35,184 nucleotides of DNA from an uncultured Ignavibacteriaceae bacterium (GCA_964465905.1 CAYXMK010000001.1:16923-52106), one strand, 5' to 3'; shown: positions 17,102 to 25,986, counted from the first letter of the stretch. Translations and numbers: made by a program. Notes: a model not told the origin generated them from the sequence alone.

Positions 17102-18994
17102 ATGAAGACCTTCGTACGTTTTGTTCTCGTATGCGCTGCAGCGGCCACCGTGTGGTTCCCTGCGGCCGGACAGCAGGACACGCTCACGATCCTGCATCTG
17201 AATGACACACATTCGAATCTCGCTCCCATCGGGCCGCGGAATGCAGACCTTTCCGGAACGGTCGGAGGCATCGCCCGCGCAGCCACCATGATCGGCTTGA
17301 CAAAGATGACAGAGCCGAATGTCCTCGCTCTGCATGCCGGCGATTTGTTCATCGGCGATGTGTTCTACAACCTGTACTTCGGCATTCCGGAGCTCCGGAT
17401 CCTGCTGAGCGCCGGACTGGACGCCATGACCGTCGGAAACCATGAATTCGACCTCACTCCCTCCACACTCCTGATGGCGCTGGACACGGCTTTCGTGCAG
17501 GGCTCGTTTCCGCTTCTCTCCGCGAACGTCAATCTGGAGGCACCAGAGGTCCAGCCCCTGAAGAATTACATCCAGCCCTACATCGTCAAGGTCGTCGGAC
17601 CCGTCACTGTGGGCATTTTTGGCCTGACGACTCCGGCGACGAACATCCTCTCGCAGCCTTCTCCGGCGTTCATCGATTCCGACTTCGTGTCCATTGCCGC
17701 GGCGATGGTCGATACCCTCGCAGGAAAGGGGTGCAAGGTTATTCTCTGTCTTTCCCATCTTGGTTCATACTATGACATGCTCGTCGCACAGAATGTCCCG
17801 GGAATCCATGCCATCATCGGCGGGCACGATCACATCGTCTTTGAGGAACCGCTCGCTGTTATCACTCCGGCGGGGGATACAACCTGGATCGTTCAGGCAA
17901 ACGCATTCTATCTGAACATGGGCAGGCTTCGGTTCACCGTCACCGACAGTACTGTTGATCTTCTCGACTACACGCTGATCGACATGGATGAAGATATTCC
18001 AGAAGAACCGGAAGTGGCAACCGTAGTATCCGGACTGAAAAGCGAAATCGAGGCGACGTACCAGATTCCATTCTTTTCTCAGCAGGTGAGCTACGCCACC
18101 GAGGATTTTTCGGAAGTTGCTGACTCTCTGTCAAGTGAGGGTTACCGGGATACAGAGATTGGCAATCTGGTCACCGACGCATTCCGGTGGGTCGCCAAGA
18201 CCGACATTGCCATCGAGGTCGGCGGCTCAACGGCGCAGGTGCTCTGCCGGGGGCCTGTTGTGCCCGATGATTTGTTCAGGGTTGTCGGGTACGGTTTCAA
18301 CACGGATAATACCTTGGGATATCGGCTGGCGACGTTCGACATGAAAGGGGAGGCACTGCTGATGGGATTGGAATTCGGGCTGTCAGGCATCGAGCTCGAC
18401 GACGAATTCTTCATTCAGGCATCCGGACTCACGTACAGCTATGCCGCCGCACGTGACGCGTATCAGCGCCTGGCGGACGTCCAGATCAATGGATCGCCGC
18501 TGGATCCGGCGCAGATGTACTCCGTCACAGCCAATGAGTTCGTCCCGTTGTTCCTCACATACATCGAAATCCCGTTCGAGAACCTGAAGATCAAATCCGA
18601 TACAACGGAATTCCAGGCCCTCCTCTGGTACGTTTCGCAGTCTGACACCTTGAGACCCCCCCAGGGGGGCCGCATCCGCAGTATCGTGGATACCGCCGTT
18701 TCCGCGGTTCGCATCGCCACGCTCGTGCCAGAGCAGTTTGAACTGCATCAGAACTTCCCGAATCCGTTCAATCCATCAACATCGCTCACCTTTGATCTCC
18801 CTGTCGCCACAACCATCCGGCTTTCTGTATCCAATATTCTCGGACAGGAGATTGCCTTACTGGCGAGCGGACTGCACCAAGCTGGTTCCTACACGGTGTC
18901 CTGGAACGCCTCGGGGCACAGCAGTGGTCTCTATCTGGTCCGGCTGGAGGGGGGAGGATCCTCTGCCGTCAAGAAGATACTCCTGATCAGGTAA
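17102..18994 (+). CDS. 5'-nucleotidase/metallophosphoesterase (UshA-like) with T9SS C-terminal sorting domain
   Basis: AAGGAGGA lies upstream and a signal peptide is present. Metallophosphatase motifs are ILHLNDTHS, GDLFIGD, GNHEFD and GGHDH. A 5'-nucleotidase C-terminal domain follows. The last ~87 aa (18731-18991), FPNPFNPSTSLTF...GLYLVRLE...KKILLIR, form a T9SS-type CTD. Confidence 0.9.
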   Translation: MKTFVRFVLVCAAAATVWFPAAGQQDTLTILHLNDTHSNLAPIGPRNADLSGTVGGIARAATMIGLTKMTEPNVLALHAGDLFIGDVFYNLYFGIPELRILLSAGLDAMTVGNHEFDLTPSTLLMALDTAFVQGSFPLLSANVNLEAPEVQPLKNYIQPYIVKVVGPVTVGIFGLTTPATNILSQPSPAFIDSDFVSIAAAMVDTLAGKGCKVILCLSHLGSYYDMLVAQNVPGIHAIIGGHDHIVFEEPLAVITPAGDTTWIVQANAFYLNMGRLRFTVTDSTVDLLDYTLIDMDEDIPEEPEVATVVSGLKSEIEATYQIPFFSQQVSYATEDFSEVADSLSSEGYRDTEIGNLVTDAFRWVAKTDIAIEVGGSTAQVLCRGPVVPDDLFRVVGYGFNTDNTLGYRLATFDMKGEALLMGLEFGLSGIELDDEFFIQASGLTYSYAAARDAYQRLADVQINGSPLDPAQMYSVTANEFVPLFLTYIEIPFENLKIKSDTTEFQALLWYVSQSDTLRPPQGGRIRSIVDTAVSAVRIATLVPEQFELHQNFPNPFNPSTSLTFDLPVATTIRLSVSNILGQEIALLASGLHQAGSYTVSWNASGHSSGLYLVRLEGGGSSAVKKILLIR

Positions 18995-19015
18995 CTGGAC
19001 TTGAAAAGCTTGAGA

Positions 19016-19051
19016 GCACCCGCAGGCCGCTCCTGCGGGTGCTTCGTTGTG
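19016..19051 (+). terminator. intrinsic terminator after the 5'-nucleotidase gene
   Basis: GCACCCGCAGG (19016-19026) pairs with CCTGCGGGTGC (19032-19042) to give a perfect 11-bp stem with a 5-nt loop. A T-rich tail TTCGTTGTG follows. Confidence 0.7.
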
Positions 19052-19199
19052 CTGGCAAAGGCTCCCACCGGACTGCGCAGGGCGAGGCGGGCGGAATTTG
19101 ACGCCGTTTCGACAACTTCATGACACTTCACAGCCGGGGGAAGCACAACTTGCATGTGAAGTCACAATGAGAACAACACACCAACACGAGGAGGATGTC

Positions 19200-19763
19200 A
19201 TGAAGACGCTCGTTGCTTTCTCCGTTGTCGTGCTGCTCACAATCGTGCTCCCGCTGCCGGCAGCCCTCAGCCAGCCGCTGCCCGGTGGCCAGGTCTCATT
19301 TGCCGAGCGCAACCTCGGCGGACCGCGGCTGGGGGCCACGTATGTCGTGGGGGAGAATACCCTCACACGCGAGCTCCGGGAGAATAATCTCGGAACGCTC
19401 ATCAGCCAGTTCGGATGGCATTTCGAATACCAGGTGGTGCCGGATGGGGGCGGACCGTCGTTCGTCATCGAGGCGGTTCCCATGGTTGGCGGCGTCGAGT
19501 ACGGGAAGCTCATTCCCAGTGCCACGCTCGCCATGGGTGTGCGTTTTCCAAGCGGCTGGGAATTCGGCATGGGTCCCAATGCCATTGTCACCAGGTCGGC
19601 GTCCCGCCTCGGGGCCAAGACAGCCCTCGTCCTTGCCTTCGGCAAGAGTCTGAACTACGGCGGTGTCAGTATTCCGCTGAATCTCGTTCTGGCCACGAAT
19701 CCGGATGGGAACCGCGTTTCGTTCATCTTCGGCTATGCGATCTACTCTCCGCCGAAGAAGTAG
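19200..19763 (+). CDS. secreted/outer-membrane hypothetical protein
   Basis: ATG 19200 is preceded by GAGGAGGA. The signal peptide is MKTLVAFSVVVLLTIVLPLPAALSQ. The body is Gly/aromatic-rich and beta-strand-like. The gene lies 18 nt upstream of the next gene. Confidence 0.6.
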   Translation: MKTLVAFSVVVLLTIVLPLPAALSQPLPGGQVSFAERNLGGPRLGATYVVGENTLTRELRENNLGTLISQFGWHFEYQVVPDGGGPSFVIEAVPMVGGVEYGKLIPSATLAMGVRFPSGWEFGMGPNAIVTRSASRLGAKTALVLAFGKSLNYGGVSIPLNLVLATNPDGNRVSFIFGYAIYSPPKK

Positions 19764-19781
19764 GAGAGAGGAGACATAGCC

Positions 19782-20720
19782 ATGTCCGTGCTTGCTGTTA
19801 CCGGTTCCAGCGGCTACCTGGGTCAGGCGCTCGTCCACCGCCTGGCCTGCGAACGGAAATTCCGAAAGATTGTCGGGGTTGATGTGCGGCCTCCAGCCCC
19901 CCATCAACCCTCGGTTTTCTTCCAGATGGACGTCCGGAGTGACCGGCTCTCTGAGGTATTGGGGAATGAAGGCGTCACGCACGTCGCCCATCTGGCCTAT
20001 GTCGTGAATCCGACGAGAAATCCGAATGTAGAATACGACATTGATATCGGCGGCACGCGCAACGTCTTGAACGCATGTCGGCAGACGGGCGTACGGTGCC
20101 TGACGGTGGCAAGCAGTATTGCGGCCTATGGATGGCATGCGGATAATCCGCTGCCGATTCCGGAATCGACCCCGCTGAGGGGCAATCTGGAGTTTCCGTA
20201 TGCCAGGAACAAGGTAGTGGTTGAACGGGACGTCGCGGAGTATTCGGAGAAGAATCGCCATTGCCGGGTCTGTGTGCTGAGAATCTGCAACGTTCTTGGA
20301 CCACACGTGCACAATGCGATTTCGTTTGCCCTGACGTCGCCTCTCTTCCTCGCGGCCCGCGGATATGATCCCTTTCTCGCCTTCACGCATGAAGACGACA
20401 TGGCGGAGGTGTTCCGCAGGGTCCTCGTGGAAGAAACGGCGGGAGTGTTCAACGTCGCCGGCGCAGGGATGCTGCGACTCAGCGAGGTTCTTCGCATCAC
20501 CGGACAACGTGTGCTCCACCTTCCGCATGCCGTTCTCAGGGGAACACTGGAGATTCTCTTCCGGGTCCACTGGCTGCCGTTCGGCAGTGGACAGATCGGG
20601 TTCATCGAGCACTCGTGCGTCCCGGACATCTCGAAGCTGACATCAGAGCTACGCTACGTTCCCCGGTACACCTCGGAACAGACTCTGGGTGCGTTCATCC
20701 GCTCGCGGTCTACGTCATGA
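19782..20720 (+). CDS. NAD-dependent epimerase/dehydratase (extended SDR) family protein
   Basis: 312 aa with N-terminal VLAVTGSSGYLGQALVHRL (GxxGxxG), then VASSIAAYG and a YARNK-type catalytic YxxxK. Confidence 0.8.
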   Translation: MSVLAVTGSSGYLGQALVHRLACERKFRKIVGVDVRPPAPHQPSVFFQMDVRSDRLSEVLGNEGVTHVAHLAYVVNPTRNPNVEYDIDIGGTRNVLNACRQTGVRCLTVASSIAAYGWHADNPLPIPESTPLRGNLEFPYARNKVVVERDVAEYSEKNRHCRVCVLRICNVLGPHVHNAISFALTSPLFLAARGYDPFLAFTHEDDMAEVFRRVLVEETAGVFNVAGAGMLRLSEVLRITGQRVLHLPHAVLRGTLEILFRVHWLPFGSGQIGFIEHSCVPDISKLTSELRYVPRYTSEQTLGAFIRSRSTS

Positions 20721-21652
20721 ACTCCATGATCCCATACTTCATCGTCAATCCCGCGGCAGGAGGTGGGGCATGCTCCCGACGATGGCAACTCTTCGAGCGA
20801 GACCTCGCCCGGCGGGGGGTTATGTATGACACGGTGTTCACCAGCAGTTGCGGATCAGCTACAGAACTTGCACGCGAGGCGTGTGAAAGCGGCTATGACC
20901 GCATCATCGCCTTCGGGGGAGACGGAACGCTGCATGAAGTCCTGAACGGACTGCTGGCGGCGCGGGGGAATGGAGCGGACAGAACGCTGGGTCACGTCCC
21001 CTGCGGCACCAGCAATGACTACCACAAAGAGTTCTGGGGCCTGGAGGGCTCCTTCGTGGAGCGGCTCCAGCGGAATGAAACGAGAGTCGTCGACGCTTGC
21101 AGGCTACGCTGCCGGGGATTTGACGGAACTCTCCGCGACCGGTTCTTCCTGGCGAATTCCAGCATCGGCGTCGTGGCACAGTCGCTCTGCTACTTCAATG
21201 CTCCAGGCGCATTCAACAGAGCCCTCAAGCGAATCCATCCCGACCTTGCCGTGCTCAACGTCGGACTTCAGTCGATTCTCCACAGCGGTCCTCTGGACTG
21301 CGCAATCCTCGTCGATGATCGCCAGCTATCGGCCCGCTCTCCGGCGAATCTTTCCATCATCAAAGCCCGGTACTTCGGAGGCGGCATGTCGTACAACATC
21401 CCGGCAGCCATTGATGACGGATTTCTCCATCTCATCGGAATTGACGGACTCAGCCGATGGGGAATGGCCGCCATGATTCCCCATTTCTATCGCGGTGACG
21501 TTCTCCGCATGCCCGGCGTGTGGCATGTCATCGGCACAAGGATCAGCATCGGCGGCGATCCCGGGCAACCTGTGGAGGCCGACGGGGAAATCGTCGGATC
21601 CCTGCCGGCTGAGTACACCATCCTGCCTCGGGCCGTGCGGATACTCCTGTGA
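20717..21652 (+). CDS. diacylglycerol-kinase-family lipid kinase (YegS/BmrU-like)
   Basis: ATG 20717 overlaps the upstream stop (ATGA). The N-terminus is YFIVNPAAGGG and the DAGK catalytic signature is IIAFGGDGTLHEVLNGL. The C-terminal part contains PVEADGEIVG. Confidence 0.8.
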   Translation: MNSMIPYFIVNPAAGGGACSRRWQLFERDLARRGVMYDTVFTSSCGSATELAREACESGYDRIIAFGGDGTLHEVLNGLLAARGNGADRTLGHVPCGTSNDYHKEFWGLEGSFVERLQRNETRVVDACRLRCRGFDGTLRDRFFLANSSIGVVAQSLCYFNAPGAFNRALKRIHPDLAVLNVGLQSILHSGPLDCAILVDDRQLSARSPANLSIIKARYFGGGMSYNIPAAIDDGFLHLIGIDGLSRWGMAAMIPHFYRGDVLRMPGVWHVIGTRISIGGDPGQPVEADGEIVGSLPAEYTILPRAVRILL

Positions 21653-21664
21653 GAACCTGACGCC

Positions 21665-22723
21665 ATGTCCACGAGCCAACACTCGGTGCTGTCGGAAGAA
21701 CGCGAGATCATTGAGCTCCTCACCGCCGGCTTCGAGCGTCACCCGCAGCAGCTGAACGACCTTTTCACTTCCGACGCCGAAGTTCTCGACATCGGCGAAT
21801 CCCGCTGTCTCGTGAGCACCACGGACACGTTGAGCGAAGAGATTCGTCTCGGCATCTTGCGCGATCCCTGGAAGATTGGCTGGACAGCGGTCAACGTAAA
21901 TTTGAGCGATCTTGCAGCAGTCGGAGCAGACGCGCTTGGCCTGCTGCTCTCCTGGGGCGTGCCGCCGCACGCTTCGCGGGAACTGCTGGCTGCCGTGGCT
22001 CGTGGTGTTCTGGATGCTCTCCGGTACCACCACTCTTATCTCCTCGGAGGGGATCTGAACGAAGCAGAGTCGCTGCAGCTCTGCGGCACAGCTCTCGGTC
22101 TTATAGAGAAAGGACGGCGGCTGCAGCGCGCCGGCATGTGCCCCGGCGATGCGCTCTTCCTCTCCGGACCCATCGGCAGCGGCAACGCTCTCGGCTGCGC
22201 CAGGATCCTGAACCACGGCGACGCGGACCGGATCGAGTCGGAGTACCTTCCCACCGCACGTCTGCGCGTCGGCCGAATGATCGCACCGTTCGCATCTTCC
22301 TGCATCGACACCAGCGACGGCGTGCTGGCGGGTCTCGACCTGCTGGCGCATCTGAACAGGTGCGGTGTTGTCTTCCGGAGTGTTCCCGATCTCTATGACG
22401 GCAATGCCCGACGGCTCTCGGAACAACTCCGGATTCCCCTCTGGCTCTTCGCAGCCGCGGAACATGGGGAATTCGAACTCCTTTTTTCTGTACCGGAGGC
22501 CCGTGTCACCGAGCTGAGGAGACATTGTGAGCTCTACTCTCTGAAGATCCTGGAACTGGGACACGCAATCGCCGAGACGGAAATTGTCCTGGAGGACGTG
22601 AACGGCTCGCACCACACGCTCGATGCTGCCGAACTTCATTCCATTTCATCCTGCGGACGCTCCAATCCCTCCCTCTACGTTGAGCGACTGATAGAGTATG
22701 CCCGGTCGCTCAGGAGATCATGA
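21665..22723 (+). CDS. ThiL-like / AIR-synthase-related (PurM superfamily) ATP-dependent enzyme
   Basis: 352 aa, colinear with E. coli ThiL motifs. AVNVNLSDLAAVGA matches AVNLSDLAAMGA, and LLGGDL matches the ThiL GGD motif. IDTSDGVLAGL matches IDLSDGLISDL, and EHGEFELLFSVPE matches GGEDYELCFTVPE. Confidence 0.75.
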   Translation: MSTSQHSVLSEEREIIELLTAGFERHPQQLNDLFTSDAEVLDIGESRCLVSTTDTLSEEIRLGILRDPWKIGWTAVNVNLSDLAAVGADALGLLLSWGVPPHASRELLAAVARGVLDALRYHHSYLLGGDLNEAESLQLCGTALGLIEKGRRLQRAGMCPGDALFLSGPIGSGNALGCARILNHGDADRIESEYLPTARLRVGRMIAPFASSCIDTSDGVLAGLDLLAHLNRCGVVFRSVPDLYDGNARRLSEQLRIPLWLFAAAEHGEFELLFSVPEARVTELRRHCELYSLKILELGHAIAETEIVLEDVNGSHHTLDAAELHSISSCGRSNPSLYVERLIEYARSLRRS

Positions 22724-22724
22724 C

Positions 22725-23723
22725 ATGACAGACCGCAACGACAGCGCGGTGCCGGCTCTCCGGCGTTTGGCACGCAATATCTGGGTGACGTTCCGTCCCC
22801 ATTTCTTCCCGATCTCGGGGGCTGCGGGGTTCACCGGCATTGCGCTTGCCTATGCCTCACCCCCTCTGTGGATTACGATCACAATCGGCATGATTTGCTT
22901 CTTCTCGTACGGTCTCATCCAGGCATTGTGCGATACGTTCGATCTCGAGACGGATCGCATCAACGCACCGTTCCGGCCCCTCGTCAGCGGCGCGCTCTCC
23001 GTCCGGACGCTCTGGATTGTTCTCGGCTCCCTCCTGACAGGTGTCGCAATCCTGTTCGTCCTGATCAACCCTCTTCTGCTGATTCTTCAGTTCATCGCAC
23101 TCATCTTCAGCTTCTCATACAACAGGATGAAGCGCATTCCTCATGCCGGACCCCTCTGGAATGGCGTCATCGTCGCGACGCTCCCGCTTATCGGAGCAAC
23201 AGCGGTTTCAGGCACACGGTCATTGCTGGAACTCCCTCTGCCGGTTTACCTGTGCGCAGTCCTGTTCTGCATTGTGTACGCCGGATTCGTGCTGACGGGG
23301 TACTTCAAAGATGTCACCGGCGACCGCGCAACGGGGTACCGGACATCCCCTGTTGTGTATGGACCCCGAAAGACCCGATGGGAAGTGCCGGCCTATGTGA
23401 TCGTGGGAACATTGGGGATGGCGTCACTGCCGATGGTTTCCCCCGACAGTTGGCATACCGCGCCCGCTGGTGGCAGAGAGGTCTTCAGTCTGCTGGGAGT
23501 GCTGGCTGTCGGACTTCTTCTCACCGGCAATGTTCTGCTCATTCGGGATTTCTCCGAAAAAGGTGCATATCCGTCCCTTCTGTGGTACACCCGGGGAATG
23601 CTGCTATATCTCCTCGCTCCCGCTGCTCTTGCATCACCAGCCACTGCCATCGGCGTAACTCTGGTTCTTGTTGGAATCCTTGAGTACTTTCTCCGGCACA
23701 CACGTGGCACAGGACAGGCATGA
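22725..23723 (+). CDS. UbiA-family prenyltransferase (integral membrane)
   Basis: ATG 22725 lies 1 nt after the upstream stop. There are about 8-9 TM helices. The first Asp-rich motif is CDTFDLETDRINAPFRPLVSG (NDxxDxxxD...RP..SG type). The second motif region is YFKDVTGDRATGYRT. Confidence 0.85.
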   Translation: MTDRNDSAVPALRRLARNIWVTFRPHFFPISGAAGFTGIALAYASPPLWITITIGMICFFSYGLIQALCDTFDLETDRINAPFRPLVSGALSVRTLWIVLGSLLTGVAILFVLINPLLLILQFIALIFSFSYNRMKRIPHAGPLWNGVIVATLPLIGATAVSGTRSLLELPLPVYLCAVLFCIVYAGFVLTGYFKDVTGDRATGYRTSPVVYGPRKTRWEVPAYVIVGTLGMASLPMVSPDSWHTAPAGGREVFSLLGVLAVGLLLTGNVLLIRDFSEKGAYPSLLWYTRGMLLYLLAPAALASPATAIGVTLVLVGILEYFLRHTRGTGQA

Positions 23724-25891
23724 CGACCCTTTCAGCCCGGCGCGGTCTCCTTCTCCTGCTCATCGCGCTCGGTGGGCTCGCTTCGTCTCTCCCCGCTCAA
23801 AACCTCCGTGTCGCTACCCTCAACTTCTGGTCGGCGGTTGACTACTGCGGGACCCTGAGTGTCGGATCCTTCGAGTCGCCGGAACAGCATGCCCTCCGGC
23901 TCCGTGCACTTACCCGGTTGCTCCAGGATCTCCAGCCTGACGTCGTTGCCTTGCAGGAATCCAACGATGTCTTCCGCGTCGCCGCTGAACTTGAAGAAAC
24001 GCTTGGTTACGACGCCCTCGTCCAGCGCGTGAATGCCGGCATCAAGATCGGACCTTGCGGCATTCCCTGCAATCTGAATGAAGGGTTGATCCTCCTGGCG
24101 CGGAAGGAGCTGGAGCTGCAACCCGTGGCTGTTTGGGATCTCTCCCGAAGATTCGGCGCCGTCGGCAACACAGTCTCGTTCCACTTCGACGATCAGAACT
24201 ATGCCCTCGTTGGCAGAGTGCGGCTGGATACAATAGACGTTTACATCGTCAACGTTCATCTCTCATCCGGCGTGCCGGCAGCCGCGGAAACCCACGAACA
24301 GCTGGACAGTATCCTTGCTGTCCATGGAATTTCCCTTGAGAAGGCAAGGAGCCTGCATGCCGATCTCAATGCCGGCTCGCTGCTGCGACATGAAGAAGCA
24401 ACGCGCCTCCTCGCGCACATCGAAAGGGAGCTCACCGATGGCGCGGTCGTTCTGATGGGCGACTTCAACGCTGCACCCGATGCCCCGGAGATTCAGGCCG
24501 TGGGCACTGCAGGTTTCACTGACGCTTTCACGTGTGCCGGGACCGGCGCCGGCAACACGTGGGATCCCTCCCGGAATGTTCTCATCCGTTATTCGACAGA
24601 TGCGGTGACCGCTGACGGCGCACCGCTGGACCCGTTCGGTCTCCTCGCAGCATGGTACGACCGTCAGCCAAGGAGAATCGATTATGTCTTCCTGGGCCCT
24701 CACGGCACGCCAGGGGACGTCTTGTCTGCGTCACTGATCGGCGATTTCTCTACAGACAGCACCCCTGTTTCCGACCACTTCGGAATCACAGCAGAGATCG
24801 ACCTCTCGAGGATTTCCCGCAGGTTGAATGCTCTCGACCGATACACTCTGCACCCTCCACAGCGGAGCCTGGAACTCCTGCCGATTCTGATGTACGATAC
24901 CGATGTCGGATTCGGGTACGGCGGGAAGCTGTTCCTCCTCAACTACCTTGATTGGTCCGAGTCGTTTGATTTCACCATATTCAACAGTACGAAAGGAGAG
25001 CGATGGTACCGGCTTGTCTTCTCCCTCCCCGACTTTGAGGTCCGCCAGGGAAGAATTTACCCCTTTGCGTTCGACTTCATTATCGACTACGATCGGTATC
25101 TCAAGAACAACTTCTTTGGCATTGGGGGAAATTCCCACTCCGAAGACCGGGAGACCTACACGAAGGAACCGTTGGATGTGTTTGCGCTGGTGAGCAGGGC
25201 TTTTTCTCCACGCTTTGTCGGACAGATCGGCGTGAAGTACCGAACTGTGAACAATTTCGGCTACAGGTCGGGAGGTCTCTTTACGTCGCTTCCCCCGCAG
25301 AACCTCGGCCGGAGCAGCGGTCTCTCACTGCTGGCCTCTGTGCGGTACGATTCCCGCGACAGCTATGTCAACCCTTCGCGGGGATTCGTTCTGCAGCTGG
25401 ATCTCGAGGCCGGACCCCGCATGACGCTCTCCAGCGGCAACCAATCCCGACCGGTGACAGACTACAGTCTCTTTGGCGGACTCATTTCCTGCCAGAGCTA
25501 CCACACCCTGTTCTATCCAAAGACGGTGTTCGCTGCACGTGTTCAGGCGCGAATGGTCAACGGCTCCCGCCTGCCGGTGCACAGTTATGTTTCCCTCGGA
25601 GGAGGAGGCACCCTGCGTGGCTATCCTCAGGATCGCTTTATCGACAAGGCCGGCGTCCTGGCGAATGTTGAACTGCGGTTTCCGTTGTTCTGGCGCATCG
25701 GAGGGGTAGCCCTGTGGGATATCGGGAAGCTCACGGGATCGGCTTCGGCACCCGGTTCACTTGCTTCCGGTTGGAAATCAAACGTTGGCGGCGGTCTGCG
25801 TCTCTCCATGGACACCTTCGTCGTTCGAGCCGATATCGGGTTCAGCCGGGAATCGACCGGTTTCTACTTCAACTTCGGCCACGCGTTCTGA
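23720..25891 (+). CDS. fusion protein: endonuclease/exonuclease/phosphatase (EEP) domain plus Omp85-family (surface antigen D15) beta-barrel
   Basis: ATG 23720 overlaps the UbiA stop (ATGA), and a signal peptide ends LPAQ. EEP motifs appear in order: ATLNFW, VALQES, LMGDFNAAPD, RIDYVFL, VSDHFGITAEI. From about aa 390 the sequence is Omp85 barrel-like (YDTDVGFGYGGKLFLLN... GGGGTLRGYPQDRF ... GGGLRLS ... FYFNFGHAF). Confidence 0.8.
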   Translation: MTTLSARRGLLLLLIALGGLASSLPAQNLRVATLNFWSAVDYCGTLSVGSFESPEQHALRLRALTRLLQDLQPDVVALQESNDVFRVAAELEETLGYDALVQRVNAGIKIGPCGIPCNLNEGLILLARKELELQPVAVWDLSRRFGAVGNTVSFHFDDQNYALVGRVRLDTIDVYIVNVHLSSGVPAAAETHEQLDSILAVHGISLEKARSLHADLNAGSLLRHEEATRLLAHIERELTDGAVVLMGDFNAAPDAPEIQAVGTAGFTDAFTCAGTGAGNTWDPSRNVLIRYSTDAVTADGAPLDPFGLLAAWYDRQPRRIDYVFLGPHGTPGDVLSASLIGDFSTDSTPVSDHFGITAEIDLSRISRRLNALDRYTLHPPQRSLELLPILMYDTDVGFGYGGKLFLLNYLDWSESFDFTIFNSTKGERWYRLVFSLPDFEVRQGRIYPFAFDFIIDYDRYLKNNFFGIGGNSHSEDRETYTKEPLDVFALVSRAFSPRFVGQIGVKYRTVNNFGYRSGGLFTSLPPQNLGRSSGLSLLASVRYDSRDSYVNPSRGFVLQLDLEAGPRMTLSSGNQSRPVTDYSLFGGLISCQSYHTLFYPKTVFAARVQARMVNGSRLPVHSYVSLGGGGTLRGYPQDRFIDKAGVLANVELRFPLFWRIGGVALWDIGKLTGSASAPGSLASGWKSNVGGGLRLSMDTFVVRADIGFSRESTGFYFNFGHAF

Positions 25892-25986
25892 AACCATTTG
25901 TATCTCGCGTCTCTTTCCGCTATACTGATCCGTGCACGGAGTCTCCCTCATCCCTCTTGTCCATCCCCTCCAGAGCTGATCGATCC

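Noticed and set aside
19296-22639. Minus-strand ORFs 19296..20612 (438 aa) and 21326..22639 (437 aa)
   Set aside because: They are antisense to the epimerase, DAG-kinase and ThiL-like genes, which all carry clear family motifs. They have no motifs themselves and are Arg-rich.
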